Counted from the first letter of the stretch, positions 33,399 to 48,966 are shown. The stretch is DNA of 60,129 nt from Eledone cirrhosa (GCA_964016885.1 CAXHJY010000716.1:1-60129), one strand, 5' to 3'. Notes: a model not told the origin generated them from the sequence alone. Program-made: numbers and translations.

Positions 33399-33477
<79 letters not shown>

Positions 33478-33570
33478 TAATAAAAATGTATATATATATA
33501 TTAATAAAAATGTATATATATATATTAATATATATGTATATTTATTAATATATATATACATATTTATTAA

Positions 33571-33612
<42 letters not shown>

Positions 33613-33957
33613 CAGAAAGGATATTCAATTTGTTGGTAATTCAACAAATATAAATAAAATATTTATTTAATATCATTGTATATATATATATATATATATA
33701 TATGGTATGTGTATATGTATATGAGTCTCGGATTTAATCGGAGGTACCGACAGTAAGGAAGGTACTCAACACGTTAGGAGAGTGTAAACATGTTTAATAT
33801 AGAAATGGGTTCTACAGGACTAGAAATGTTTCATTCAAAAGAAATCTGCGGGAATACTTATCAGAAGACTTTTGTTTTCAGGTATTCTTAAGATCGAATG
33901 GTTGGGAGTGAAATTCTATTTCCAATACAAAGTATCTGTAGGATGTACCAAAAGAAA

Positions 33958-34296
<339 letters not shown>

Positions 34297-34327
34297 TATA
34301 TATATATATATATATATACATATACAC

Positions 34328-34379
<52 letters not shown>

Positions 34380-35259
34380 GTGTGTGTGTGTGTTCAGTTA
34401 TCAAGTGTAACATTAAACAGATTATAGGACCGTATTTCTATATGACAGTGGGGGTTAATATGACATGTTATGCAATAGGTACTTATCACATAGCAGAGCA
34501 GTGAGAGGTATTGGAATAGAATATCAGATATTATAGAGACGATATCACATTCTAAAATTACCTACAATCACACGCTCACCATATATATAGATATACACTA
34601 CATGTATGCACACATAGACACACACACATAGACACACACACACACACACATACGAACGCACGTATAATCTGAGATTACACTCAAACGTATAAACACACAC
34701 GCAAACAGATAAACATACACACACACATATACATATACATACATATACATACATTCAGATACATGCACAAACCCATATATGCATATACACGCATCCACAC
34801 ACACATACACATACCCATACATGTTTCCACACATAAACACACATCTCACACATGAACAAACGCAAACGCATAAACATACACACACATATATACATACATT
34901 CACACACCCATATATACATATACACGCATGCACACACGCACATACATGTATGCACACTTAGACACACACTCATAGACAAACACAAACACACGTATATACT
35001 CAAGCATATAAACACACACACAAGCGCATAAACATACATACACATATACATATACTATATATATATGCATGCACACACACCCATACATGTATGTACACAT
35101 TGACAGACACACACAGACACACACAAACACACGTATATACTCAAATACATAAATACACACTTATTCATTTACACACCCATTCATACATATATGCACACTT
35201 CAACACACACTAGGACACACGCATACACACTTTCACACATATGCACACAAATACATAAG

Positions 35260-35326
<67 letters not shown>

Positions 35327-35611
35327 ACACATAGGATCAGAAAGGGACACGGACATACGCATACACTCAAACACATAAACAAGCACACATATACATATAC
35401 ACAACCATACATACATATATACACATATAGGCTCAAACAGACAAACACAGACTAACACATACACACAAAAAATATACAAACACACATACAAATACACACC
35501 TATACATAGATATACGTATGCATAGAGACAAACGCATACACACTTATACACACAAACATATAAACATACACACACATTTACATATGCACACCCATACATA
35601 TATGTAGCACA

Positions 35612-35753
35612 TGGTGGCTGCCAACTCGTTTTCGAGTACGGCCACTACTTTATATCCATGTAGCAGAACCCCTACTGATGCGCTGAACGAGTGTGACTTT
35701 TTAGTCCAACCAAACACTACACCTGTGACAATTATTGACACATAGTGCTGGGC
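35612..35753 (-). mobile_element. 3' fragment of the RTE-like non-autonomous element
   Basis: Reverse complement of about 43017-43180. Confidence 0.75.
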
Positions 35754-36175
35754 ACGTAGGCACGTAATACACACACGAACACACGAAAACACATTAACAC
35801 ATATATACACACAAACACACACAGATTCAAATGCAAACCCATACATATATGCAGCACGTAGGCACATACAGGCACACACAAAAACACGCACATACACACT
35901 TACAAGATCACACCCATATACACATACATGCACAAACTCATACACATATATATATGCAGCACAAATAGGCACACATAAACACACACGGATATACGCATAT
36001 ACACATAAAAACACTCATACACACAAACACACACGCATAGACACATATGCACACCCATATATATACATATATTCACACACACAGGTATATGTACACACTT
36101 ACGCACACGCACATACACACATATATAAACACACAAGCCCAGACACAGTCATACATGCATTTAGCAAGCATTTGT

Positions 36176-37145
36176 AGATGCGGGTGGCCTAGTGGGAAGG
36201 GTATTGGACTTACGATCATATTGTTGAGGGTTTGATTCCTGGACCGGGTAGTGTGTTGTGTTCTTGAGCAAAACATTTAATCTCACGTTCCTTCAGTATA
36301 CTCAGTAGAGGCGGGTGGCCTAGTGCTAAGGGTGTCTCACGTTCCTTCAGTATACTCAATAGAGGCGGGGGGCCTAGTGCTAAGGGTGTCTCACGTTCCT
36401 TCAGTATACTCAATAGAGGCGGGTGGCCTAGTGCTAAGGGTGTCTCACGTTCCTTCAGTATACTCAATAGAGGCGGGTGGCCTAGTGCTAAGGGTGTCTC
36501 ACGTTCCTTCAGTATACTCAGTAGAGGCGGGTGGCCTAGTACTAAGGGTGTCTCACGTTCCTTCAGTATACTCAGTAGAGGCGGGTGGCCTAGTGCTAAG
36601 GGTGTCTCACGTTCCTTCAGTATACTCAGTAGAGGCGGGTGGCCTAGTGCTAAGGGTGTCTCACGTTCCTTCAGTATACTTAGTAGAGGCGGGTGGCCTA
36701 GTGCTAAGGGTGTCTCACGTTCCTTCAGTATACTCAGTAGAGGCGGGTGGCCTAGTGCTAAGGGTGTCTCACGTTCCTTCAGTATACTCAGTAGAGGCGG
36801 GTGGCCTAGTGCTAAGGGTGTCTCACGTTCCTTCAGTATACTCAGTAGAGGCGGGTGGCCTAGTGCTAAGGGTGTCTCACGTTCCTTCAGTATACTCAGT
36901 AGAGGCGGGTGGGCTAGTGCTAAGGGTGTTGGATTTATGATCATATTGCTGCGGGTTCTATTCCTACATCTCATTTCACGTTGCTCCAGTATATTCAACT
37001 GAAAATGAGTACCAGCAATAGCTGGGAGTTTAGCTCTGCGATGGACTGGCGTCCTTTCCAGGGATGTCTTGTAATCTCAGTCGCTTAACTCTAAGGAAAC
37101 TGGGATAAGTATCGGCCTGATGAGCCTCTCCGGGTTCGGGACAGT
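36176..37145 (+). mobile_element. tRNA-derived SINE(s) flanking and containing the 54-bp array
   Basis: A-box-like TGGCCTAGTGG, B-box-like GGTTTGATTCC, core TGCGATGGACTGGCGTCC; homologous to 38198-38480. Confidence 0.78.
36283..36930 (+). repeat. 54-bp x 12 minisatellite made of SINE parts
   Basis: Unit TCACGTTCCTTCAGTATACTCAGTAGAGGCGGGTGGCCTAGTGCTAAGGGTGTC, starts every 54 nt from 36283 to 36877. Confidence 0.95.
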
Positions 37146-37219
37146 CTTTAGACGCAGGCTGTGTTAATTGCCGGGTAGATCTATCAATAGGCAAGTAGCA
37201 CGAAACTATAACAGAGACA

Positions 37220-37560
37220 GGACATCCTCCGTCGGTTTCGACGATGGGTGTTCCAGTTGATCAATCAACGTAAAAGCTTGCTTGTGAAATTAACATGTAA
37301 GTGGCCAAACATTCCACAGACACGTGCACCCTTACTGTATTTCACAAAGAAATCCACAATGGCGGCACAGTGTGTGACAAGGCTGGTAATTTGAATTACA
37401 TGTACAGTCTCTCCAGCGGGCTTCTAAGCAGTTTCTGTCTACCCAATTTCACTCACAAAGATTGGGTAGAGGTGAATGTTTGGTAAATGACATTCCAACA
37501 CCTTGCAACGCTGTGGGATTGAACCCGGGACTAAGTGATAGCAAAGCCATTCGGCCACGC
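37220..37560 (-). mobile_element. Degenerate SINE fragments
   Basis: Reverse B-box GGGATTGAACCC; body resembles 38755-38975 and recalled octopus SINEs. Confidence 0.6.
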
Positions 37561-37741
37561 TACATCCTCGTTATACAGGTATCGCGATACTTTAAAACGA
37601 GAAGAAGCGGTTCACTATAGAACTAATGAGAGCCGAGTTAAATTATTTTCAAGAAATATCTACCTGCAGAGAAATTATATCTTCTACGTAAGTCTGGGAG
37701 TAGCTGGTTGCATTTGTAAAGGAAATGTGTTCTCGTACACG

Positions 37742-37944
37742 TACGAGAGGACGCTGACACGTTTCTGGCCTTAGGTAAAAGAAAATACATGATTTTATTC
37801 AACATATTCCCCTCTCAGATTCACACACTTATTGCAGCGGTCCTTCAGGTTTTCTAAGACCTGTAAAAGAAATTCTGAAGGCTGGACCTCCAACCATTCC
37901 TCTGAAGCATTGATCAAGCCAGGAACTTTCAGCAGCCACTCCTA
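37742..37944. mobile_element. Tc1/mariner-type MITE
   Basis: Degenerate TIRs TACGAGAGGACGCTGACACGTTTCTGGCCTT / AAGCCAGGAACTTTCAGCAGCCACTCCTA with TA termini. Confidence 0.6.
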
Positions 37945-37954
37945 CATTTAGATA

Positions 37955-38150
37955 ATCGCTTCTAATTTAAGCACAATGCCAGCAATTTTGGTGGAAGAGA
38001 AAGTCGATTAAAACGGTCCCAGTATTTGATTGGTACTTTATTTTTTCTACACCGGGAGGTTGAAAAGTAAAGTTAAAGATAAAGCTAACCTCTGTGGGAT
38101 GTGAATTCAGAGTGTATGGACATGAAATAATACCTAGCTTAGAAGTTAGA
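37955..38150 (-). mobile_element. Degenerate SINE (same family as 45449-45628)
   Basis: CTGGTACTTTATTTT..GAAA(A/G)G(T/C)AAAGTT..CTC-type motif shared in reverse with the 45449 copy. Confidence 0.62.
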
Positions 38151-38197
38151 TGTATTCTAGTTGCAATTGTTATTTTGGTGGGTGTCATATCACAGAG

Positions 38198-38480
38198 TGG
38201 AGGCGTGTGGTCTAGTGGTAAGGGTGTTGGACTTATGATCATAATGTTGTAGGTTTTATTCCTGGGCTGGATTACGTGTAGTGTTCCTGAGAAAAACACG
38301 TCATTTCACGTTGATCTAGTAAGTATACTCACCTGAATGTGAGTACTAGCAATAGCTGGGGGCGTAACCCTGCAATGGACTGGCGTCTTTTCCTGGGGAG
38401 AGTCTTGTACTCTCAGTCGCTTCAAGCCACGGAAACCAGGATAAACACTGGCCTGATGAGCCTCGGAGCTCGAGACACAC
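38198..38480 (+). mobile_element. Full-length tRNA-derived SINE
   Basis: GGAGGCGTGTGGTCTAGTGGTAAGG head, conserved core, GGAAACCAGG..CCTGATGAGCC tail. Confidence 0.78.
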
Positions 38481-38754
38481 TGTAGACTTTTTTTAGACAT
38501 ATCACATGAGAGTTTGTGAGTTTTCAACGATATCACAGAAATATAATTCAAATATACTGTATCTTTCATATAACTGTGATATCAGAGAGATATCATATAC
38601 ATGATCAAAAACCTTTACGCGTTTAAAAGATATAAATGTCAAAGTGTAATGTGTGTGGAACTGTGTGGGACTCTGAATGTGTCAGTGTGTCAGTGGGTTT
38701 GTGTGTGTCAGTGTGTATGTGTGTATCAGAGCGTGTGTCTAATTATTCTACATT

Positions 38755-38975
38755 TTACGCATGTCTATGGAATGCTCAGTCACTTGCACTTAAGGGATTT
38801 CACGAGGGATTCAGTGTGACACAGAATGTGACATACAACTCATTTTTGCCAGATGAGTGGACTGGAGCAACGTGAAATAAACTGTCTTGCTCAAGGACAC
38901 AACACGCTGTCAGGAATCGAACTCACGACCTTACGATTGTGAGCCGAATATCCTAACCACAAAGCCATGCACCTT
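38755..38975 (-). mobile_element. tRNA-derived SINE
   Basis: Reverse tRNA head (GGAATCGAACTC..CCTAACCAC..GCC) and TCTTGCTCAAGGACACAAC core. Similar pieces at 50410-50540 (-) and about 50838-50885 (+). Confidence 0.72.
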
Positions 38976-38999
38976 CACCACCACCCTTTCTCTCTCACA

Positions 39000-39044
<45 letters not shown>

Positions 39045-39113
39045 TAGAAAAAAGTAGGAAGTTTCGTTTATATGTATTATATATATATATATGATGTATA
39101 TATATATATGATG

Positions 39114-39178
<65 letters not shown>

Positions 39179-39358
39179 TATATATATATATATATATATA
39201 TGATGTATATATATATATATATATATGATGTGTATATATATATATATATATATGATGTATATATATATATATATATATATGATGTATATATATATATATA
39301 TATATATGATGTAAATATATATATATATATATATGATGTATATATATATATATATATA

Positions 39359-39443
<85 letters not shown>

Positions 39444-39463
39444 TATATATATATATATATATA

Positions 39464-39541
<78 letters not shown>

Positions 39542-39543
39542 TA

Positions 39544-39582
<39 letters not shown>

Positions 39583-39584
39583 TA

Positions 39585-39765
<181 letters not shown>

Positions 39766-39789
39766 ATATATATATATATATATATAGGA

Positions 39790-39822
<33 letters not shown>

Positions 39823-39982
39823 TTCGTTTCTGAATTTGTTTAGCAAGATTCTTTATCTGAAATCGTGTGTTGAAACCGATATTGTTATACTTTGGGAGTT
39901 ATTGGCAACATGACCCTCCCAAAGTATAACAACATATATATATATATATTTATCCTATATATATATATATATATATATATAT

Positions 39983-40035
<53 letters not shown>

Positions 40036-40148
40036 TATATATATATATATATATATATGATGTATATATATAGATATATATATATATATATAAATGATGT
40101 ATATATATATATAGATATATATATATATATGATGTATGTATATATATG

Positions 40149-40189
<41 letters not shown>

Positions 40190-40314
40190 TATATATATAT
40201 ATATACATCATATATATATATATATACATCATATATATATATATATATATATACATCATATATATATATATATATACATCATATATATATATATATTCAT
40301 CATATACATGTATA

Positions 40315-40375
<61 letters not shown>

Positions 40376-40451
40376 TCATATACATGTATACATCATATAT
40401 ATACATCATATATATATATATATACATCATATATATATATATATATACAAC

Positions 40452-40488
<37 letters not shown>

Positions 40489-40546
40489 TACATCATATAT
40501 ATATATATATATATATACATCATATATATATATATATATATACATC

Positions 40547-40581
<35 letters not shown>

Positions 40582-40650
40582 CATTATATATATATATATA
40601 TATACATTATATATATATATATATATATACATCATATATATATATACATC

Positions 40651-40771
<121 letters not shown>

Positions 40772-42348
40772 TATATATATATATATACATTATATATATA
40801 TATATGTATAGTATTAATTGATTGGTTTGGTAGTGTTGTGCGGAGGAAGTGCCTTCCTTAGACAGATGAAAAACGATTTAATCTAGTAACGCTGTTGAGC
40901 AGTAGGACCAGACGTTGAGTGCAGAGAATGAATGTATTGCAACTGGCGTGCGGGTTGTACATATATGGATGATTTGACGGTCAGAGAGGGGTCATGAGGA
41001 CTGCGGATTGACCTCTGGCCGGCCCTGGTGATGATTATCTTTCGACATCCAATGTAGCAAGCGATGACACAGAACTTACCAGAGATCATTGTGTGTTGAA
41101 GTGATTCTGCAATCACTGCGCCTGGTCCTATGAGTAGACTACAACCACAGAGATCATTAATTTAGAATCCTCGCTCATCGTCTACAATATTCATTTGTGG
41201 CACCCTACGATGGGGGTTAATTCACCATAATAATACGAACACCTGCAGCACGACATAATTAAACTACTCTATAGTTAAAACACTTTATGCTTTAGAAATT
41301 TTTTGGAAGTTGCGCATAACCATAGAAATAAGGGTCTATATTGAAACACATTTCAATAGGTAGGTATGGAAACCCCGGAGTTACCTCCCCTCATGCATTA
41401 ACTCCCCTTAGCCACACACACACTTCCGGGTAGTATTCAATGTCGTTTCTCGAAACGTAACAGCCTCCTGTATTGAACTAAAGAACATCAGACTACGATT
41501 CTCTAACTGGATTGTCAAACGCTCAATATCGAATTGTCGTGGATTATATGAAGGGCATATAATCGAAAAATACACTCCCCTGACCATGAAAATGTCGAAG
41601 TACATGAAGTACTTGTCATCCCTTCGCTGTGCATCTCCAATACTTTTTATATTTTTAATGCTTGCACTATTTTTAATGCTTATATCATTTCTCCACACAC
41701 AGACTATAACAATCATATAAAGAATTTGCCACCAGATCAACCAACCTAACACTCTTGTTTACCTACCTAAGTGCTCCTACTACACGTAACTCTCTGCCAC
41801 ACTATATAAACAAGACGCACGTGCTTGCCACACATATAACATTTGCACTAAATAACCGCTTATCTTCATGTTGTATTTTAACCTGTATTTTTGATTTTTG
41901 ATTGTACCTTTTAATATGAATGTAATCTCGAAGTGTGTACTGCCACTCTAAATGCTGTAATGAATGTTGACCCACAATATTTGCATATGTATCGGTATGT
42001 CTCTTGGCTGAAAAGGAGGTCATATAACTGTCCATTCATTAATAAATTGCTCCGAAGAATCCAAACCTCTGTTTGGAGGAAACAGCTGTAAGCACAATAA
42101 TGTTTTGAACAGTTCTTTGATTCTTATATTTCATATATATGTATATATATCATATATATATATATGATCATAGTATAATAAACCTTTCAAGGATTTACAC
42201 AAATCCAGCCTCCTGTCATTTCATTATTATATATATGATGTATATATACATATATATGATGTATATATATATATATATCATTTATATATATATATATATA
42301 TGATGTATATATATATATATATATATATGATGTATATATATATATATA

Positions 42349-42380
<32 letters not shown>

Positions 42381-42421
42381 GATGTATATATATATATATG
42401 ATGTATATATATATATATATA

Positions 42422-42453
<32 letters not shown>

Positions 42454-42609
42454 GATGTATATATATATGATGTATATATATATGATGTATATATATATGA
42501 TATATATATATATGATGTATATATATATATATATATATGATATATATATATATATGATGTATATATATATATATATGATATATATATATATATGATGTAT
42601 ATATATATG

Positions 42610-42641
<32 letters not shown>

Positions 42642-42683
42642 TATGTATATATATATATATATATGATATATATATGTATGTCA

Positions 42684-42761
42684 GGTCACCAGTTGGTGCT
42701 ACTGGTAACATGTATCCCAGTACAACCTGTCTCATGATCGGGTCGTTGGCGACTAAACTGG
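42684..42761 (+). ncRNA. Candidate HDV-like ribozyme (P3 degenerate)
   Basis: P1 GGTCA/TGATC, P2 CCAGT/ACTGG, P1.1 CC/GG, P4 TCG ttgg CGA, J4/2 CTAA, J1/2 hairpin ACCAGT/ACTGGT. Confidence 0.55.
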
Positions 42762-43655
42762 CAACCCCACCAAGGTTTCTTGGCGAGGAGGGTGACTTTG
42801 GACATCCTGCAGGACTAAAAACAAAACCTGTCAAAGGGCAAAGGAGCTCTTAAGAGTCAATGGCCATCCAAAATCACCGAGAGAGATGACCCCTTAGCCT
42901 TTGTCAAGGCAGAATTCTAGGAGAACGAAAACTCTGATATAACACCTGCAACCCTGATGGTATCCAATGATGTTGACTTGTTCTTCTTTTTGGCACTTGT
43001 CGTCACATGGTACCATGGGCCCAGCACTATGTGTCAATAATTGTCACAAGTGTAGTGTTTGTACCAGAGTTTTCAAGTCCCTGGCTGGACTAAAAAGTCA
43101 CACTCGTTCAGTGTATCGGTAGGGGTTCTCCTACATGGATATAAAGTAGTGGCCGTACTTGAAAACGAGTTGGCAGCCACTATGTATGTATGTATGTATG
43201 TATGTATGTATGTATGTATGTATGTATGTATGTATGTATGTATGTATGTTTGCCTGGGAGAGATGACCCCTTAGCCTTTGTCAAGGCAGAATTCTAGGAG
43301 AAGGAAAACTCTGATATAACACCTGCAACTCTGATGGTATCCAATGATGTTGACATGTTCTTCTTTTTGATAAATATCATCTTGGTTAAGAGAGTGGGAC
43401 TGGCTTTGTGCAGTGCCTTTTCTCACTATAAAAGTTTCACGGCACAGGCATTGCTTTATATCTGGAGATCTCTCTGCACTTGTCGTCACATGGTACCATG
43501 GCCCCAGCACTATGTGTCAGTAATTGTCACAAGTACCAGAGTTTTCAAGTCGCTGGCTGGACTAAAAAGTCACACTCGTTCAGCGCATCAGTAGGAGTTC
43601 TCCTACATGGATATAAAGTAGTGGCCGTACTCGAAAACGAGTTGGCAGCCACCAT
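42684..43655 (+). mobile_element. Two tandem copies of a non-autonomous RTE-like bipartite element (5' UTR fused to 3' end) with a (TATG)n tail
   Basis: 42882-43180 recurs at 43258-43652. GGAGAAGGAAAACTCTGAT resembles RTE 5' UTRs. (TATG)n at 43181-43248. Confidence 0.68.
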
Positions 43656-43715
43656 ATATGATATATATATATATGATGTATATATATATATATATATGAT
43701 ATATATATATATATA

Positions 43716-43794
<79 letters not shown>

Positions 43795-43901
43795 TATATA
43801 TATATATATATGATATATATACATATATATGATGTATATATATATATATATATATATGATGTATATATATATGTATATATATATGTATATATATATATAT
43901 G

Positions 43902-43948
<47 letters not shown>

Positions 43949-43977
43949 TAGATATATATATATGATGTATATAAATA

Positions 43978-44044
<67 letters not shown>

Positions 44045-44242
44045 CCCAAAACTAATCAGATCAGAGCGAACATCACGGCCGCTCTATCTCAAAATTATTT
44101 TTGAAAAGCATTTAGAAATGCGCAACCGGTAAAACTTAAAACCAAAACTGATTACTAACCAATACAATTACTAGTTCTCATTTATTCCTAATTAAACTAT
44201 CTTTCACTGTGAACAATTTGTCAGCATTTTCTATTCGGTTTA

Positions 44243-44300
<58 letters not shown>

Positions 44301-44305
<5 letters not shown>

Positions 44306-45850
44306 AAGATGAATATAAAATGAAAGTGCTTTTTTTAAAAAAAGGAATTTATTAGGTATTGACATATGTTTCTGTAACAGACGGAATACCTATGTATCGC
44401 TGCTTGCGTAATCATATAATGTTAGCAAGTATTCGATAGCAAATGTATAATCAGTTGTCACTTCTTCAGAGATTTTGGATAAATTGGATAAATTCAGAAA
44501 AATTGAAGTATTTATATTAGTTGTAATAGAGGAAGAAGAGGGGGGGGGGGTAGTATATGAGAGATGGTAATTCAATTTACTGCTAAACAAATATATAAAG
44601 GGTTTCTAATGAGAATACGAGTAAATGGTTTATTTTATCTAAATAAGAATTTTTGGGAGTGCCTATTTTAATCTATATTAGACCAATTGAACAATGGACA
44701 GGGCTGGTCATTTGGTGTAGTAGTATTAATTATAAAGTGTCAATTGAGGAAGGGGGAGATTTCGACTGCTACTGAATAACATCAATGCTAGTAGCCAGCT
44801 GGTATATGCATTAGGGAATTGAATTAAGAAATCAGAAATCTCATTTTATCTATAGCAGTTTATATTAAATGGTAAATAATAGAAGAGTTGATAGAGTTAA
44901 GACTAGTAGAGAATGTTAATATGTATTTTGACAATCAAACGGAGATGGAGACAGGCGTTCAATCCTGGTAGTATTTGTAATATGAAAATGTAGATTTTAA
45001 GCGATGGTTACAGTATAACGATCGCTCTATTCTGTTATTTAATAAAATGTTTTTGGATTTCATAATACAAAATAATTCCATATTACATAATTTACAAAAT
45101 TCCTGTCCGTGGGTTTATGGAGGGGCAGCTACTATTATATCCCATTTTAGGTTAAATTGTTGGTTATTTTCACGCAGCTGCCAAGCCTTGTCCGCGAGTG
45201 TTGTTACATAACGCTGGATTTCATGTTTATCGAGTAACGATAAAATAAACCATTTACTCGTTGTATTCTCATTAGAAACCCTTTATATACTTGTTTAGCA
45301 GTAAATTGAATTACCATCTGTCATATACTACCCCCTCTCTTCTTCCTCTATTACAACTAATATAAATGCTTCAATTTTTCTGATTTTATCCAATTTATCC
45401 AAAATCTCTGAAGAAGTGACAACTGATTATACATTTGCTATCGAATACGTGGCTTGGCAGTATCGGTAGAGGGTCGGACGCCATGATTTCCAGCATAGTT
45501 ACGTCCCTTTGCTGTCTGAGTTCAAATCCCACCGAGGTTAACTTTGCCTTTCATCCTTACGGGGTCGATAAAATAAAGTACCAGTAATGCACTAGGTAAT
45601 TGATGGCCTTTTGCCAAAAGTAGAAACAATTATATGATTACGCAAGCAGCGATACATAGGTATTCCGTCCGTTACAGAAACATATGTCAATACCTAATAA
45701 ATTCCTTTTTTAAAAAAAGCACTTTCATTTTATATTCATCTTTTCTACATTTTCTCCGGAATATAATTTATACTCGTTGAGCAAACCTACACGTACGCTG
45801 TTCATCTCTAACGTAACGATATATTATCACTACATTATTGATAACCTGAA

Positions 45851-45855
<5 letters not shown>
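44301..45855 (+). mobile_element. PLE-type fold-back insertion with about 340-bp inverted arms and tail
   Basis: 44301-44639 is the reverse complement of 45239-45448 plus 45629-45748; TA flanks. Confidence 0.8.
45449..45628 (+). mobile_element. tRNA-derived SINE inserted in the right arm
   Basis: TGGCAGTATCGGTAG A-box, GAGTTCAAATCC B-box; absent from the left arm. Confidence 0.8.
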
Positions 45856-45895
<40 letters not shown>

Positions 45896-45963
45896 ATATA
45901 TATATATATGATGTATATGTATATATATATATATATATATGATGTATATATATATATATGATG

Positions 45964-46026
<63 letters not shown>

Positions 46027-46055
46027 TAGATATATATATATGATATATATATATA

Positions 46056-46184
<129 letters not shown>

Positions 46185-46196
46185 TGTATATATATG

Positions 46197-46323
<127 letters not shown>

Positions 46324-46327
46324 TATA

Positions 46328-46413
<86 letters not shown>

Positions 46414-46421
46414 GATGTATA

Positions 46422-46519
<98 letters not shown>

Positions 46520-46582
46520 TATATGATGTATATATATGTATATATATATATATGTATATATATGTATATATATATATATATA

Positions 46583-46679
<97 letters not shown>

Positions 46680-46680
46680 G

Positions 46681-46712
<32 letters not shown>

Positions 46713-46937
46713 TGATGTATATATATATATATGATGTATATGTATATATATATGTATATATATATATATGATGTATATATATATGTATATATGTATATAT
46801 ATATATATATGTATATATATATGTATATATATATGTGTATATATATATATGTATATATATATATATGATGTATATATATATGTCTATATATATGTATATA
46901 TATATATATGATGTATATATATATGTCTATATATATG

Positions 46938-46970
<33 letters not shown>

Positions 46971-46987
46971 GTGTGTATATATATATG

Positions 46988-47020
<33 letters not shown>

Positions 47021-47041
47021 GTGTATATATATATATGTGTG

Positions 47042-47073
<32 letters not shown>

Positions 47074-47085
47074 TGTGTATATATA

Positions 47086-47118
<33 letters not shown>

Positions 47119-47164
47119 GTGTGTATATATATATATGTATATATATGTGTATATATATATATAT

Positions 47165-47530
47165 CTAAGGCGGGTAAAATTCCCGAGATCCATGGACGAG
47201 TTCTCTCTAGCGGTCTCTGTCCCTCATTATCGCTGCCATGTCCTGCGTCTCCAACAGACCAGTGTCTGTCTTTAGGGCATCAACATACGTTAACCTTGGT
47301 CTTCCTCTTCTAGTGTGTCCATGTAGGGGCTTCCAAAGGAGTACTGAGTGCAATGTCAACTCTGGATGTCGGTGAGCATGTCCAGCTAACCTCAGTCTCC
47401 TCTGTGTCACTTTTGAGGTGACTTTTGGGATGCTCCCATACAGCTCTGAGCTTTTCATCCTCAGTGTATACTGGGGAAGATGTGGACCTACATCTCAGAT
47501 ATGCACCTGTCCAAGTCCCAGATTGATTTC
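47165..47530 (-). mobile_element. RTE-group LINE ORF C-terminal fragment
   Basis: [48 protein letters not shown]. Confidence 0.8.
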
Positions 47531-47543
47531 ATATATATATATT

Positions 47544-47642
<99 letters not shown>

Positions 47643-47791
47643 TATATATATATATATATATGATGTATATATATATATATATATGATGTATGTATATATA
47701 TATATATATGATGTATATATATATATATATATATGATGTATATATATATATGATGTATATATATATATGATGTATATATATGTATATGATG

Positions 47792-47824
<33 letters not shown>

Positions 47825-47865
47825 GATGTATATATATATATATGATGTACATATATATATATATG

Positions 47866-47923
<58 letters not shown>

Positions 47924-47926
47924 GAC

Positions 47927-48100
47927 GTAAGGAACCAGATGGACCATAACGCACCAAAGTACTCAATACTTAGGGTAGTAGAGTGGGTAATAGGAACAAG
48001 TATGACCCTGACGGCAGAGCTCAAGCCGTTTCGACGGCTAATTCAGTCCAGAATTAGCCGTCGAAACGGCTTGAGCACTGCCGTCGGGGTCATACTTGTT

Positions 48101-48105
<5 letters not shown>
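47927..48105 (-). mobile_element. Fold-back family copy B
   Basis: Hairpin 47990-48105 plus tail. Confidence 0.85.
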
Positions 48106-48137
<32 letters not shown>

Positions 48138-48386
48138 TGTATATGATGTATATATATGATGTATATATATGATGTATATATATATGATGTATATATATAT
48201 GATCTATATATATATATGATGTATATATATGATGTATATATATGATGTATATATATGATGTGTATATATATGATCTATATATATATATATGATCTATATA
48301 TATATATATATGATGTATATATATATATATATATGATGTATATATATATATATATATATATGATGTATATATATATATATATATAC

Positions 48387-48417
<31 letters not shown>

Positions 48418-48446
48418 GACGTATATATATATATATATATTCGATG

Positions 48447-48565
<119 letters not shown>

Positions 48566-48566
48566 C

Positions 48567-48676
<110 letters not shown>

Positions 48677-48677
48677 C

Positions 48678-48952
<275 letters not shown>

Positions 48953-48966
48953 TATATATATATATA

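Noticed and set aside
36216-36998. 18-aa repeat ORFs on both strands; CRISPR-like regularity
   Set aside because: Pure 54-bp tandem units with no unique spacers and no cas genes; SINE-derived.
38450-38480. CTGATGAG motif in SINE tails (also about 37117) as a hammerhead
   Set aside because: No GAAA and no compatible stems I/III; the GAGC/GCTC hairpin would sequester the core.
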